The notes under the pieces are model-generated. The model was not told where the DNA came from and made no database searches. It was given only the letters and a program-made list of their open reading frames with translations. 64,000 bases of DNA from the NCBI GenBank assembly GCA_002724555.1, contig PBOZ01000059.1, forward strand, positions 66,414 through 130,413. Direction: 5' to 3'. Shown here piece after piece: positions 45,733-57,240 of the stretch. Every line of letters begins with the position of its first letter. Position 1 is the stretch's first letter. A program made the position numbers and the translations under genes. The DNA comes from Rickettsiales bacterium (GTDB taxonomy: Bacteria; Pseudomonadota; Alphaproteobacteria; UBA8366).

Positions 45733-46575
45733 ATGCCAGAATTTGAACCAATAATAGGCCGCTACTTTACGTTGGATGTAGAAGGGAAGCCTTATCGGAT
45801 TTATGTGGAGGAAGCGGGCGAGGGTATTCCGCTCGTTTGTCTTCACACTGCGGGCTCTGATGCTCGCCAATACCGACATTTGCTCTGTGATAGGGAGATT
45901 ACGGACCATTATCGTGTTATTGCCTTTGATATGCCATGGCACGGTAAATCAAACCCCCCTGCGGGATTTCGTGAAGAAGAATACAAACTGACGACCAATC
46001 TCTATAAAGAAACAGTGATGGCATTTTGCCATGCTTATGAACTTGCGGACCCTGTTGTTATGGGATGTTCAATGGGTGGGCGCGTTGTTCTGCATTTGGC
46101 TTTGGAGCAGGCCAATTTCTTCAAATGCGTCATTGCGCTCGAGGGGTCAGATAAGTTGGATCCCTACTACGACCTTGATTGGCTTCACCGTCCAGACGTC
46201 CATGGTGGTGAAATCGCCTCCGCTTTCGTATCCGCACAAGTGGCGCCGCAAAGTCCGGATGAATGCCGTTGGGAGACCCTTTGGCATTACATGCAGGGCG
46301 GTCCCGGAATTTTTAAAGGGGACCTTTTCTTCTACTGGCATGATGGCGATTTTGATGCTCGATCCTCTTTGATCGATACTGAGAAATGTCCGGTTTATTT
46401 GCTTTCTGGCGAGTACGATTCTTCTTGTACGCCGGAGCGAACCAAAGAAACTGCGGCGCGAATTAAGGGCTCGAGGGCAACAGTCATGAACGGTATTGGT
46501 CATTTTCCAATGTCCGAAAACCCTGAATTATTTCGAAAATTTCTTATGCCTATCTTGGAAGAGATTCGTGGGTAA
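45733..46575 (+). CDS. Alpha/beta hydrolase
   Basis: 280 aa. Carries PLVCLHTAGSDARQY and the nucleophile elbow GCSMGG. Confidence 0.85.
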   Translation: MPEFEPIIGRYFTLDVEGKPYRIYVEEAGEGIPLVCLHTAGSDARQYRHLLCDREITDHYRVIAFDMPWHGKSNPPAGFREEEYKLTTNLYKETVMAFCHAYELADPVVMGCSMGGRVVLHLALEQANFFKCVIALEGSDKLDPYYDLDWLHRPDVHGGEIASAFVSAQVAPQSPDECRWETLWHYMQGGPGIFKGDLFFYWHDGDFDARSSLIDTEKCPVYLLSGEYDSSCTPERTKETAARIKGSRATVMNGIGHFPMSENPELFRKFLMPILEEIRG

Positions 46576-46854
46576 TGAACTCAAAATGTTTAGTTTGTAA
46601 TGTAGCCTAACACGTTTAACCCTGTTCAAATCATTAATTAATTACCTTGGCGACGCGTTGATCATTAGCATGAGGGCGGAGAATACAGCGTGATGTGATG
46701 CCAATGCGATCCTTTAGCTATCGTTTTTATGACGTAGCTTGTCCTATTCGGGTAGGATCGGGCCATAACGTGTCAGAATAAGAAACCGGGACGTAATCGA
46801 TGCTTGCCGTTCAGTAACAACGCAGAGAAGGCTCGGGCTCGTCCTCGGTCCTGT

Positions 46855-47490
46855 TCAAGATGTGGACGGAGCGAGAACGTTCATACCCTTTTCCACGGCT
46901 GGCCGGTTACTGAGTTCATCAAACCACCGTTTGACGTTTGGGAAGTCTGCCAAGTCGACATTCTGCCAGTCATAGCGTGCAACCCATGGGTAGATTGCGA
47001 TATCCGCGATGGTATACTCATCACAACCGATGTAGGCACTCTTTTCAAGGCGACCGTCCATCACAGTATATAGCCGACGGGCCTCGTCACCGTAGCGTTT
47101 TTTACCATACGGGATGTCTTCCTTTGCGGCACGTTCGAAATGGTGCACTTGTCCAAACATCGGGCCTACGCCACCCATTTGCCACATGAGCCACACAAGG
47201 GTCTCATAGCGTTTAATCTTGGCCGTAGGATTGAATTTACCAAATTTTTCGGCGAGATAGAGCAGAATTGCCCCTGACTCAAACATTGAATAGGGAGTGC
47301 CATCTGGACCGTTACTATCAACAATAGCAGGAATTCGGTTGTTCGGACTAATTTTCAGAAAGTCTGGAGCGAACTGTTCATCCTTGCCAATATTGATTAG
47401 GTGTATGTTGTAATCGGCGCCAAGTTCCTCAAGCATGATCGATATTTTCCGGCCATTTGAGGTGTTCCAAGCGTAAAGATCGAGGGTCAT
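46855..47490 (-). CDS. Glutathione S-transferase, Nu class (YfcG/YghU-like)
   Basis: 211 aa. Starts LYAWNTSNGRKISIMLEELGADY...ISPNNRIPAIVD. Confidence 0.85.
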   Translation of the reverse strand: MTLDLYAWNTSNGRKISIMLEELGADYNIHLINIGKDEQFAPDFLKISPNNRIPAIVDSNGPDGTPYSMFESGAILLYLAEKFGKFNPTAKIKRYETLVWLMWQMGGVGPMFGQVHHFERAAKEDIPYGKKRYGDEARRLYTVMDGRLEKSAYIGCDEYTIADIAIYPWVARYDWQNVDLADFPNVKRWFDELSNRPAVEKGMNVLAPSTS

Positions 47491-47611
47491 TGTCTAACCT
47501 TTTTGTTACTACTGTTGGATTAATAATTTTTCGCGCAGACTTGCAATTCTGGCTGGGATGCTAGACTTCGTCCGGGATGTTGGCAATCCGAACTATCGGG
47601 AGCAGATTAAA

Positions 47612-47899
47612 ATGGCGGCTTATCTCATAGCTGATATAGAAGTCACCAATCCGGAGGGCTTTAAGAAATATCAAGAGGCAGTCCCGGCCACGATCGCGAA
47701 ACACGGGGGTAAGTACTTGGTACGCGGTGGCGATGTTGAACCTAAGGAAGGTGATTGGGCACCGACACGGATGGTCGTGCTGGAATTTCCGAATATGGCA
47801 ACGTTGAAGAAATGGTATAATTCCGACGACTATCAAAATATCATAGCGGACCGCACGGATAATTCTAAAGGCAATATGGTTTTTGTTGAGGGATATTGA
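47612..47899 (+). CDS. DUF1330 domain protein
   Basis: MAAYLIADIEVTNPEGFKKYQEAV...VVLEFPNMATLKKWYNSDDYQ is typical of DUF1330. Confidence 0.8.
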   Translation: MAAYLIADIEVTNPEGFKKYQEAVPATIAKHGGKYLVRGGDVEPKEGDWAPTRMVVLEFPNMATLKKWYNSDDYQNIIADRTDNSKGNMVFVEGY

Positions 47900-48741
47900 G
47901 CACGATCGATAATATTTATGAGCGACTGAAAGCCAATGCTGAACGGATTGAAACGCCGTTTGGTGACGGCAGTGGTCGTCTGATTTGGTGGTGCTGGGGC
48001 GAGGGACAGAATGTCCTTATGCTCCATGGCGACTATGGCTCTTGGACGCATTTCATCCGCAATATTGAGTTTCTTTCCAGGCGGTATAGACTAATAATTC
48101 CAGATATGCCCGGGTATGCGGCTTCGGATTTGCCGGTACTTGATGATATCATTGTAGATTCTTCCAAAATGCTCTGTGACCATTTGGACACGATCATTGG
48201 CCCTAATGAAACGTACGACATTGTCGGATTTTCTTTTGGTGGAATTTATGCGGGCCAGATGGCAGCAAATCATAAAGGCCGTGTCGGGACGGTTGTATTG
48301 ATCGGCGCGGGCGGCATGGGGGTCTGCGAAGCGCCGCGGACCCGTCGGGAAATGCAGCGGTTATCGCGTGACATGGACTACGAGACGCGGGCTAGTATTC
48401 ATCATAACAACCTCTGTGGTGTGATGTTCGCTCAGGATGAGACTGCAGATGACCTTGCTGTACTTCTCCAGGATGAAAATACTGGTCGTACTCGCATCCG
48501 TGCCCGCGGAATTCCCGAGAGCGACGTATTGTTTCGAGCCTTTCCGCATTGCACGGCTAAATTTACTGCGATTTGGGGAGAGTTAGATGCCTACGCGTTG
48601 GGCGAGGTTCCGTTACGAGAACAAATGCTTCGAAATTTTTATCCGGATATGGAATTTAAGACCGTTCTTGGTGTGGGGCATTGGGTTATGTATGAAGCAC
48701 CAGATGAGTTTAATAAGATTGTGGCGGGTATGCTTGGGTAA
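47896..48741 (+). CDS. Alpha/beta hydrolase
   Basis: 281 aa. Carries NVLMLHGDYGSW and GFSFGG. TTG start overlapping the upstream stop. Confidence 0.8.
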   Translation: MSTIDNIYERLKANAERIETPFGDGSGRLIWWCWGEGQNVLMLHGDYGSWTHFIRNIEFLSRRYRLIIPDMPGYAASDLPVLDDIIVDSSKMLCDHLDTIIGPNETYDIVGFSFGGIYAGQMAANHKGRVGTVVLIGAGGMGVCEAPRTRREMQRLSRDMDYETRASIHHNNLCGVMFAQDETADDLAVLLQDENTGRTRIRARGIPESDVLFRAFPHCTAKFTAIWGELDAYALGEVPLREQMLRNFYPDMEFKTVLGVGHWVMYEAPDEFNKIVAGMLG

Positions 48742-48760
48742 TCACAAGGTAGGGCCCTAA

Positions 48761-49588
48761 ATGCAACTAAGAGACAGAATTGGTGTTGATATTGGTAGGC
48801 GTGTTTCTCTGGAAGAGGGCGTTGACTGGGCAATTGCGAATAACGTCAAATATATCGACGCACAATTAGATATAAAGCCGAACGGCTTGATGGATTTCGA
48901 TGAGGCCCGTTGTGAGCCGATCCGCGAAAAGGCAGGGAAAAATGGAATACATCTCGGATTACACACGTTGTCTGGTGTAAATATTGCTGAATATTCACCT
49001 TTTCTGAGCGACGCAATCGACGCTTATTTGGAGGCCTATATCGACGTCGCAATTCGATTAAGGGCCGAGTGGATTGTTGTGCACCCTGGTCATCATTTCG
49101 GAGATAAAGAGGCTCGAATGGAAGCGGCGATAGGGCATATCGAAAAGGCATCGCGTTATGCGGAAGACGTTGGTGCATTGCTCTATCTAGAGAACATGAA
49201 TTGGGAACCGGATCTGGCTGAAGTTCACTACCTTGGGCATACGATTGAAGAAGCACAGGTTTATTTTGAGCGACTAACATCTCCAAATTTGAAATGGTCG
49301 TTTACAATCAATCATGCCCATCTGGTTCCCGATGGCATTGACGGATTTATTGATGGACTGGATATGAGCCGGCTAGGCGAAGTCCGCATTGCCGATTGTA
49401 CAGGGGAGTATGAAGTCCACATGAAACCCGGTGAAGGGAATATCGATTTTGGTAATATGTTCCGTCGGATAGAGAGTTCTGGTTTTTGTGGACACTATAT
49501 GAATGCGTTTGGTTCGTTGGGCGACATGAACGAAGCACGGGATTATCTCGTCGCGCGCGCAGAAGAGGCCGGTGTGACCGTCACCTGA
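48761..49588 (+). CDS. Sugar phosphate isomerase/epimerase (xylose-isomerase-like TIM barrel)
   Basis: 275 aa. Carries WIVVHPGHHF and LYLENMNWEP. Confidence 0.78.
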   Translation: MQLRDRIGVDIGRRVSLEEGVDWAIANNVKYIDAQLDIKPNGLMDFDEARCEPIREKAGKNGIHLGLHTLSGVNIAEYSPFLSDAIDAYLEAYIDVAIRLRAEWIVVHPGHHFGDKEARMEAAIGHIEKASRYAEDVGALLYLENMNWEPDLAEVHYLGHTIEEAQVYFERLTSPNLKWSFTINHAHLVPDGIDGFIDGLDMSRLGEVRIADCTGEYEVHMKPGEGNIDFGNMFRRIESSGFCGHYMNAFGSLGDMNEARDYLVARAEEAGVTVT

Positions 49589-49623
49589 TCCAGAGGTTGT
49601 AGAATATTTGGATGCGATGCTTC

Positions 49624-50541
49624 TTAACCGCAGAGCACCAGCAGAATTATTCCAATAATGACAAGCGCGATGCCGCAAAGTTCCTTGGGTGAGGATCGTT
49701 CTTTGAAGAACCAGTATGAAGCGGCTAAGGTGAAAACAAACTCGATTTGCGCTAGTGATTTTACATAGGCAGCTTGCTCCAAAGTGAATGCTGTAGCCCA
49801 GCCTATAGTGCCCGTGACGCTTGTGATGCCGACAAGAAGGCACACTTTGAAATTTCGCCAAATAATCAGATATTGCGATGGATTGGTTACAAGCACAAAA
49901 AGGCACATTGCGACGGTTTGCATCGTTAGCATAAAGATCATCGTCAATGCGGCGCGGAAAAGGAAATCCTCCATGCCTAACATGAGGCTTGCCTTGCGCA
50001 TGGTAAGGGATGCGATGGCAAAAAAGAGGCCACAGATAATACCAATCCAGGCGGACTTGTCCGCAAGAAGGGTTAATAATTGACCGCCATTGATGCCTGT
50101 CTTTGCAACCGTAATTAGAATTACCCCAGAAACGCTTATCAGTATTGCACCCCAACCGTAGATGACGATGGCTTCTCCGAATAGCAGTGCACCGACAATG
50201 GCCGTTAGGAACGCTTCGGTACGGGCATAGGTTGTTCCCACCGCGAAATTTCGCAACGAAAACAGATAGACCAGCAAAGCTGTTCCGATGATTTGACCGG
50301 CACCAGCTATCGCTGAATATGTGATAAAGTCCAATCTAATTTCAGGAAATGCTTCTGTTCGGCGCAAATTCAAAAACCAAAGGTACAAGAGTCCGAATGG
50401 CAATCCGAAAAGAAATCTCACCATCGTGACTGAAATTGTATTCAACTCAGCCGTCAGATGCTTTTGTGCAGCTGAGCGGATGTTTTGCACGAAAGCGGCA
50501 AAGATTGTGATCGGAATCCAAAGCCAAGAAAAAGCAATCAT
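49624..50541 (-). CDS. DMT superfamily transporter (EamA-like)
   Basis: 305 aa with about 10 predicted TM helices in two EamA-like halves. Confidence 0.82.
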   Translation of the reverse strand: MIAFSWLWIPITIFAAFVQNIRSAAQKHLTAELNTISVTMVRFLFGLPFGLLYLWFLNLRRTEAFPEIRLDFITYSAIAGAGQIIGTALLVYLFSLRNFAVGTTYARTEAFLTAIVGALLFGEAIVIYGWGAILISVSGVILITVAKTGINGGQLLTLLADKSAWIGIICGLFFAIASLTMRKASLMLGMEDFLFRAALTMIFMLTMQTVAMCLFVLVTNPSQYLIIWRNFKVCLLVGITSVTGTIGWATAFTLEQAAYVKSLAQIEFVFTLAASYWFFKERSSPKELCGIALVIIGIILLVLCG

Positions 50542-50740
50542 GTCGGGCTTACGTTAAAGAAGTTTAATTTCAATACCCATGTGTTGGGTAGGGAATAGAT
50601 GCAAAAAAAGTCATACAAAGGATAATCTTTAATGTCAGAATCACATAAATTCAGAAAATTAACATTCATGGCTTTTTTATATAGGGAAATGACTTTCTCC
50701 GTTTTAGGCTTTCCAGTGTGGTGGCTTAAAAAGCTTAAGC

Positions 50741-52027
50741 TTAAGGGCTCGGTCGATCGCCAGGTAGCTCCTTTGGTCTTAGGATTCGCAGTATGATGGG
50801 GCCAATCATCATGATTAGGGCGACATGTGAGAAGGCTATGCCCCAATTCATGATCGTCTCGCCGCCGAGCGCATCCAGAAGCACGCCGAGAACCAATGGC
50901 CCGATGAAACCGCCGCCGTAGCCTAGCATCGCATGTATAGCAAGCGTTGCACCGCGACGACTGGGTTCCGCGTTGCCGACGGTGCCCGCGGTAAGTGCAG
51001 CAGAATCCGCGTATATCAACGCATTGTAAGTCAAACATATTATCGCTGCGACGCCGTATCCCAAACCTGCGCTAAAGCCAATCAATACAGAGAAAATCAT
51101 GGAAGATATCATGACCATGTATATCCAGCGCCGTCTACCGATACGAATTGCAATCTCATTTCCGATTATACTCATTGTGGTGCCAATGAGTTCCATCAAC
51201 ATGGCGATCACGGTTGGGATAAAAAAGTTCGGCTGTTCTCCTTGGGCGGCTGTAAACACCAGAAAAGCGACAACCCAAGATCGTAAAGTAAACATTTCCC
51301 AAGTGTGAACGCAGTATCCGATGGCATATGCCATAGCAGATTTGTTCTTTAAGACAGTCCGGAATGCAAACGTATTAGATGTCTCCTTTTGGGATGGCGG
51401 TTTGCGGCTGGGAACGCAGATCATCATGATGACCAAGGCTATGAAACTGCCAAGTGCCGAGAACATGAAGGCGGTTTGCCAATCCAGGTGTTCCGCGGCA
51501 TATCCTGCGATAAGGAAGGACAACGCTCCGCCGGCGCCGATACTACCTGCATGGAATGCTACCGCACGGGACTGTTTTGGCCCCTCAATCAAATCAGCAA
51601 GCGCTTTCAGGCCTACCATGTAGGTACCACCCCACCCAATGCCCGCGAACATTCGAAGAACTAAACCACCCCAAAATCCTTCTGCAATAAACGCCATGCC
51701 TAAATGCGAAAGGCTCGTCAATGTCACAAAACACATGTAGACGCTTCGTGGGTCAATACGATCCGTCAAAGGCAAAATAAAGGGTACTGACATTGCATAG
51801 GCGAGAAATATTATTCCAGATAACCAGCCGGCTTCGGTGTGCGTGATCCCCCATTCGGTGAAGAAAACCGGCAATAGAGCGGAGAACGTGAAGGATCCAA
51901 TTTGCGTGAATGCTTGTGCGATACAAACCGTGCTAATGAGGAAGATGGCTGATGTACGAAGTGCTGGCATTTTTTGCGGCCCGCGCAATACTCCACCTAA
52001 CTTCGGTTTGGCAACATACTTGATCAC
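50741..52027 (-). CDS. MFS transporter
   Basis: About 410-428 aa with 12-TM-like hydrophobicity. The start is uncertain (GTG 52027 or ATG 51970). Confidence 0.8.
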   Translation of the reverse strand: MIKYVAKPKLGGVLRGPQKMPALRTSAIFLISTVCIAQAFTQIGSFTFSALLPVFFTEWGITHTEAGWLSGIIFLAYAMSVPFILPLTDRIDPRSVYMCFVTLTSLSHLGMAFIAEGFWGGLVLRMFAGIGWGGTYMVGLKALADLIEGPKQSRAVAFHAGSIGAGGALSFLIAGYAAEHLDWQTAFMFSALGSFIALVIMMICVPSRKPPSQKETSNTFAFRTVLKNKSAMAYAIGYCVHTWEMFTLRSWVVAFLVFTAAQGEQPNFFIPTVIAMLMELIGTTMSIIGNEIAIRIGRRRWIYMVMISSMIFSVLIGFSAGLGYGVAAIICLTYNALIYADSAALTAGTVGNAEPSRRGATLAIHAMLGYGGGFIGPLVLGVLLDALGGETIMNWGIAFSHVALIMMIGPIILRILRPKELPGDRPSP

Positions 52028-52180
52028 CTATTAAGCGAGCGCCAACCGTCCTTTATCATGCCCTTTGATAGGTCGCCTCGCAACAACGCACTTGTCGGTG
52101 GCGGTTAAAAAAAAGGGAAACGGTAGGCCCATCTTTGGCGTCGCATCCGATATAGATAGAGGCTTTGGAAGAGAGGTTAT

Positions 52181-53638
52181 TTAATTGTCTTGTAGTTTCT
52201 TTCTTAGCAGTTCGTTGACTACTGCTGGATTTGCTTTTCCTTGGGTCTCTTTCATCACTTGGCCCACGAACCAACCGATAATTTTTTCATTGCCTGAGCG
52301 AAACTGCTCAGCCTGTTTTTCACCTCGCGCGATAACCGTATCGACGATCGATTCTATTTCGCTTGTATTGGTAATTTGTGTCAGGTCATTTTCTTCAACA
52401 ATAGTAGCCGCGTCTTTACCTGACTCAAACATTTCTTCAAAGACATCCTTTGCGATCCGGTTAGAGATTGTACCATCCGCTAAGAGGTCGAGCAGACCGC
52501 CTAAGGCTTCGGCACTGACAGGAGTTTTGGAAACTGATAGGTCAGCCTTATTCAAATGGGCGAAAAGGTCACCGGTTATCCAGTTGGTCACTTGTTTGGC
52601 ATCGCGACCATTCGCGGCCGTTTCAAAAAAATCGGCGGTTTCCCGATCTGAGACAAGAACACCAGCGTCATACGCTGAGAGTTGATACTCACTCATGAAC
52701 CTTTGTTTTCGTTCGTCGGGCAGCTCAGGAAGAGATGCCTTCATTTCTTCAATAAACTGCTCCTTCAAATCGAGTGGTAATAAGTCCGGGTCTGGTAAAT
52801 ATCGGTAGTCGTGCGCGTCTTCCTTTGAGCGCATTGGCCTCGTCTCACTCCGGTTAGGATCAAATAGCCGCGTTTCTTGTTTGATTTTCCCACCGTCTTC
52901 GATGATTTCAATTTGCCGCCGCGCCTCGTATTCGATCGCTAGTTTTAGAAAACGGATCGAATTCACATTTTTGATTTCACACCTAGTGCCAAGCTGTTCC
53001 CCTGGATGACGAACAGATACGTTCGCATCGACCCGGAGTGATCCTTCTTCCATGTTTCCGTCGCAAGACCCAATACAGCGAAGAATTGCGCGCAGCTTTT
53101 CAACATAAGCGGTGGCTTCGTCTGCGGACCGCATATCGGGCCTAGAGACGATTTCCATTAAGGCAACGCCAGCACGATTTAGGTCGATAAATGACTTTGT
53201 GGGATGCTGATCGTGTATCGATTTTCCCGCATCCTGTTCCAGATGGAGCCTTTCAACTCCAATACATTTTGTTTCCCCATCCGAAAGATCGATTTCTATC
53301 TCACCTTCTCCAACGATTGGCTCTTCATATTGAGAAATTTGATATCCAAACGGTAGATCTGGGTAGAAATAGTTTTTGCGGGCAAATACCGAATGCTTGT
53401 TGATCTTCGCGTTAATGGCGAGGCCGGTTCGGACGGCTTGGCGAACTGCGGTTTGATTAAGAACTGGCAACATTCCTGGCATTGCGGCATCGACCAAGCT
53501 GACTTGGGTATTGGGTTCGGCACCAAATTTCGTTGGTGCTCCGGAGAATAGTTTAGCCTTGGAGGTCACTTGTGCATGCACTTCCAAGCCAACAACCATT
53601 TCCCAGTCACCCGTCGCGCCTTTCAAATGGTTAGCCAT
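52181..53638 (-). CDS. gatB: Asp-tRNA(Asn)/Glu-tRNA(Gln) amidotransferase subunit B
   Basis: 485 aa. Carries [13 protein letters not shown]...[18 protein letters not shown]. It is the last gene of gatC-gatA-gatB. Confidence 0.95.
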   Translation of the reverse strand: MANHLKGATGDWEMVVGLEVHAQVTSKAKLFSGAPTKFGAEPNTQVSLVDAAMPGMLPVLNQTAVRQAVRTGLAINAKINKHSVFARKNYFYPDLPFGYQISQYEEPIVGEGEIEIDLSDGETKCIGVERLHLEQDAGKSIHDQHPTKSFIDLNRAGVALMEIVSRPDMRSADEATAYVEKLRAILRCIGSCDGNMEEGSLRVDANVSVRHPGEQLGTRCEIKNVNSIRFLKLAIEYEARRQIEIIEDGGKIKQETRLFDPNRSETRPMRSKEDAHDYRYLPDPDLLPLDLKEQFIEEMKASLPELPDERKQRFMSEYQLSAYDAGVLVSDRETADFFETAANGRDAKQVTNWITGDLFAHLNKADLSVSKTPVSAEALGGLLDLLADGTISNRIAKDVFEEMFESGKDAATIVEENDLTQITNTSEIESIVDTVIARGEKQAEQFRSGNEKIIGWFVGQVMKETQGKANPAVVNELLRKKLQDN

Positions 53639-53641
53639 TTT

Positions 53642-55126
53642 TTAACTCCCGGCTAGAATCTTGGGCAATGCACTGAATTGAGCCGCATCCTCAAGGTGTT
53701 GTGCTACAAGAAAAACAGTCTCTTCATCGAATGGTTTGCCGATTACGTGTAAACCAAGCGGAAGACCATCCGAGGAAAGGCCTGCCGGGACCGAAATGGC
53801 CGGAAGGCCTGCCATGGAAGCCGGAACAGTTAGAACATCATTTAGATACATTGCGATTGGATCGTTCATCTTCTCACCCTGTGCAAAAGCGGCGCTAGGT
53901 GTTGTTGGCGTTAAGATAGCATCAACTTTCTCCCAAGCATTGCGGAAGTCGTCCGCAATTTTTGTGCGAACTTTTTGCGCCTTTAGGTAATAGGCGTCGT
54001 AGTAACCAGCCGACAGTACATAGGTCCCGATCATGATACGGCGTTGGACTTCATCACCAAAGCCCGCGCTTCGGGTATTTTCATACATCTCCTGAAGTGT
54101 ATCACCATCTTCTCTCAGGCCGTAACGGACACCGTCATAGCGTGCGAGGTTGGTGGATGCTTCCGCCGGTGCTACAATATAATAGGCGGGTAAGGCGTAC
54201 TTAGTATGTGGCAAGCTGATATCAATAATCTCAGCGCCTGCCGCCTTCAGCCATTTGACGCCGTCGTCCCATAGCTTCTCAATTTCAGTTGGAGTGCCAT
54301 CAATTTGATATTCTTTTGGAACACCGATACGTTTACCCTTCAGACTTCCATCCAGCGCGAGTTCGTAATTTGGGACCGGAACGTCGACGCTTGTTGAATC
54401 TTTTGGATCGTGCCCAGCCATTGCCCCAAGCATGATGGCGGCGTCACGGACAGTCCGTGAAAGCGGCCCTGCTTGGTCCAACGATGAGGCAAAAGCGACA
54501 ACACCCCAGCGCGAACATCTGCCGTAAGTGGGCTTCATGCCGACAATTCCACAAAAAGATGCAGGTTGTCGGATCGAACCACCAGTATCCGTTCCGGTTG
54601 CGGCGATCGCACCGTGGGCAGCGACAATGGAAGCCGACCCACCCGAAGAGCCGCCAGGAACGAATTTCTTGTCTTCCGTTGCAGTAGGATACCATGGGTT
54701 TTCAACGGCACCGTAGTGGCTCGTCATATTTGACGAACCCATGGCAAATTCGTCCAAGTTGGTTTTTCCAAGCATTACCGCACCGGCATTCCATAAATTC
54801 GCGCTGACGGTAGATTCATAAGTAGGTGAAAAGTTATCGAGGATATGGCTTGCAGCCGTTGTGAGAACATTTTCGGTGCAAAATAAGTCCTTCATACCTA
54901 TTGGTATGCCTTCCATTGGACCGGCGTCATCCGTTGCTAAACGAGCCTCTGAGCGCTTCGCCATTTCCATCGCTTTGTCTGGTGTCTCTGTGATGAATGC
55001 GTTCAGTGGGCGGAGCGCTTCTACCGCTTCAACATAAGATTCGGTGAGTTCTACCGCGCCAATTTCGCGTTTTCGTAATTTATCGCGCGCTTCGGCTAGG
55101 TTAAAATTCAAAAACTCACTATTCAT
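53642..55126 (-). CDS. gatA: Asp-tRNA(Asn)/Glu-tRNA(Gln) amidotransferase subunit A
   Basis: 494 aa. Amidase signature [13 protein letters not shown]. It overlaps the gatC stop. Confidence 0.95.
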   Translation of the reverse strand: MNSEFLNFNLAEARDKLRKREIGAVELTESYVEAVEALRPLNAFITETPDKAMEMAKRSEARLATDDAGPMEGIPIGMKDLFCTENVLTTAASHILDNFSPTYESTVSANLWNAGAVMLGKTNLDEFAMGSSNMTSHYGAVENPWYPTATEDKKFVPGGSSGGSASIVAAHGAIAATGTDTGGSIRQPASFCGIVGMKPTYGRCSRWGVVAFASSLDQAGPLSRTVRDAAIMLGAMAGHDPKDSTSVDVPVPNYELALDGSLKGKRIGVPKEYQIDGTPTEIEKLWDDGVKWLKAAGAEIIDISLPHTKYALPAYYIVAPAEASTNLARYDGVRYGLREDGDTLQEMYENTRSAGFGDEVQRRIMIGTYVLSAGYYDAYYLKAQKVRTKIADDFRNAWEKVDAILTPTTPSAAFAQGEKMNDPIAMYLNDVLTVPASMAGLPAISVPAGLSSDGLPLGLHVIGKPFDEETVFLVAQHLEDAAQFSALPKILAGS

Positions 55127-55410
55127 TCGACGACTTTCGGGACGGTGTAAAAGGCGCCTGTGGCCTGTGGTGCGTTGTGAAGGACCTTATCTGGATTACC
55201 TCCTTCGGTGACGATATCCGCGCGCTGAGGCGCGACGGTTTCGATGACTGATGTCATGGGTTGGACGGCGTCTGTGTCGACCTCCGACAACTGCTCGATC
55301 CAGCCAAGGATATTGTTCAACTCGCCCGCCAATGGTTCGAGATTTTGTTTTGGCACTTTGATGCGTGCCAAGGTGGCTATTCGGCGCACGGTTTCCTCGT
55401 CCAGGGCCAT
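55123..55410 (-). CDS. gatC: Asp-tRNA(Asn)/Glu-tRNA(Gln) amidotransferase subunit C
   Basis: 95 aa. Carries [12 protein letters not shown]...[16 protein letters not shown]. Confidence 0.93.
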   Translation of the reverse strand: MALDEETVRRIATLARIKVPKQNLEPLAGELNNILGWIEQLSEVDTDAVQPMTSVIETVAPQRADIVTEGGNPDKVLHNAPQATGAFYTVPKVVE

Positions 55411-55481
55411 GTTTCTCTCCGAGTATTATTGGAACGCGGCGGAAGCTATCATCGGCCTTTGTAAGCGGCAAGAGACCGCTA

Positions 55482-56957
55482 TTATAAGGTATTGGCGCGC
55501 GCATAGCGATTCGCTGCGTCCGATCCTGCTTTGCGGCCAAATACGGCGCCGCGCATAACGGATGTGGCACCAGTATAAGTCTGATAATAGATGCCCATTG
55601 TCTCGCCTGCTGCATACAAACCGGGAATGACGTCACCGTCCATATTAAGAACCTGGGCCTCGGCGTTCGTCTTTAGACCACCAAAGGTAAAGCATACTGC
55701 CGAGATAATAGGCCACGCTAGATAGGGTGGTTTGTTGATCGGTCGCGCCCAATGGCTTTTCCGGGGTTCCAATCCCAACGTACCCAAACCGTCAGGTCTT
55801 TTTGCATTAAAGATCGATAAATCTTTTGGGCATGCGGCGTTAAATGTATTTAGTGTTTTAACTAGAGCGTCCCGATCAACTTCTAGTTTGCTGGCGAGTT
55901 CATTTAGCGAGGTAGCTTGAATAGGATCTTGATCGCTACGAATAGCTTTTCGCCAATTATCAATTTCTTCCATTCGGGAATCATGTACTGCATAGGCGAT
56001 CCCCTCTGTTTGCTTTAAGATTTTCCGAGTAACGGCTTCATAGGTAGCATCAACTGAATCGGGCGCCTCGTCGGTGAAACGTCTACCTTCGCGATTTAAT
56101 AAGACCCCGTATGCATAACTGAGAACGACCGGCTCCATTCCGCCAGATCTGGGGTCAATTGGCTGAGCGTGGAAATTGCTGTAATCCCCTGCGGGTGCCG
56201 CGCCAATATCAAGCGCCATCCGTATGCCTTCGCCTCGGTTGTAATATCCACCCCGCGCGATGGGACGGACCCATTGTGCGTCGGACCCCATATAATGGCT
56301 AAGCATTTCGGGGTTCCCTTCGAACCCGCCGCAAGCCAAAATAATACTTTTCGCGTTGAAGTTTATGGGTTGATTTTGCGGGCCGATCGCTTTTAGCGCC
56401 CGGACTTTGCCATTCTCATCAATCCCAATAGATTTTGCGGTCGTTCTGTAATGGATCGAAATATCGTCTGGGACCGATTCGACATACTTCGCTAGAGCTT
56501 CTACAAGGGCGCGTCCGCCGCCGATTGGTGCTATTCGTGTCGTAGATTCTGAGATGAAATAATTTGGTAAAAAGTCGAAGGAAACACCAAATTTCTTAAG
56601 CCAATTCAACGTTGGCCCAGCTGCGTCTGCGAACTCAGAAATAAGATTAGGGTCTGCAAAATTCAATGTTCGCAGGACGGATGGCCAATTTTCAAAATCA
56701 CGGACGGCATCTTTTGTTATTTCAGGGTCAAGATAATTTCCAGAATTATTGGCAAAATGAGAGATAAAGTCATCGGATACCTCGTTCTCGTTTTTCATCC
56801 GCCAAAAAGATTCTGTGTATCGGGTGTTCCCACCGCGCTGATCTTTAGGCGCACGCTCTAGCAATGCGACTTTAGCGCCCGCTTCATGTGCTGATACAGC
56901 CGCAGACAGTCCTGCAATACCAAAGCCGACAACAATAACGTCCGCCTCCATGATCAT
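55482..56957 (-). CDS. FAD-binding flavoprotein, TcuA-like (tricarballylate dehydrogenase / fumarate-reductase flavoprotein fold)
   Basis: Carries DVIVVGFGIAGLSAAVSAHEAGAKVALLERAPKDQRGGNTRYT. No TcuB partner is adjacent. Confidence 0.75.
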   Translation of the reverse strand: MIMEADVIVVGFGIAGLSAAVSAHEAGAKVALLERAPKDQRGGNTRYTESFWRMKNENEVSDDFISHFANNSGNYLDPEITKDAVRDFENWPSVLRTLNFADPNLISEFADAAGPTLNWLKKFGVSFDFLPNYFISESTTRIAPIGGGRALVEALAKYVESVPDDISIHYRTTAKSIGIDENGKVRALKAIGPQNQPINFNAKSIILACGGFEGNPEMLSHYMGSDAQWVRPIARGGYYNRGEGIRMALDIGAAPAGDYSNFHAQPIDPRSGGMEPVVLSYAYGVLLNREGRRFTDEAPDSVDATYEAVTRKILKQTEGIAYAVHDSRMEEIDNWRKAIRSDQDPIQATSLNELASKLEVDRDALVKTLNTFNAACPKDLSIFNAKRPDGLGTLGLEPRKSHWARPINKPPYLAWPIISAVCFTFGGLKTNAEAQVLNMDGDVIPGLYAAGETMGIYYQTYTGATSVMRGAVFGRKAGSDAANRYARANTL

Positions 56958-57240
56958 CTCTTTTCCCTTATCTGCTGGTTGTGATCCATCAAAGTCATCC
57001 AAAAAATTGGTTCGGCATTAATAAGCCGTTTGAAAATTTTTTTAAAACATGGCCTTCGCATAATAGGTTTTGTCTGTTGGTTTTAGGGCATTGTTTATCG
57101 GCCCGTATTTAGCCTAATTTTTAGATAAATCTCCGAGGGTTCTTAGCATCTTATTTATCGAATAAGAATTGATTTTTTGAACACTTGGGTGGCTTGCCAT
57201 GAGAGGGATAATGGCTACCTGTTTCGCAAAGGAGACGGGC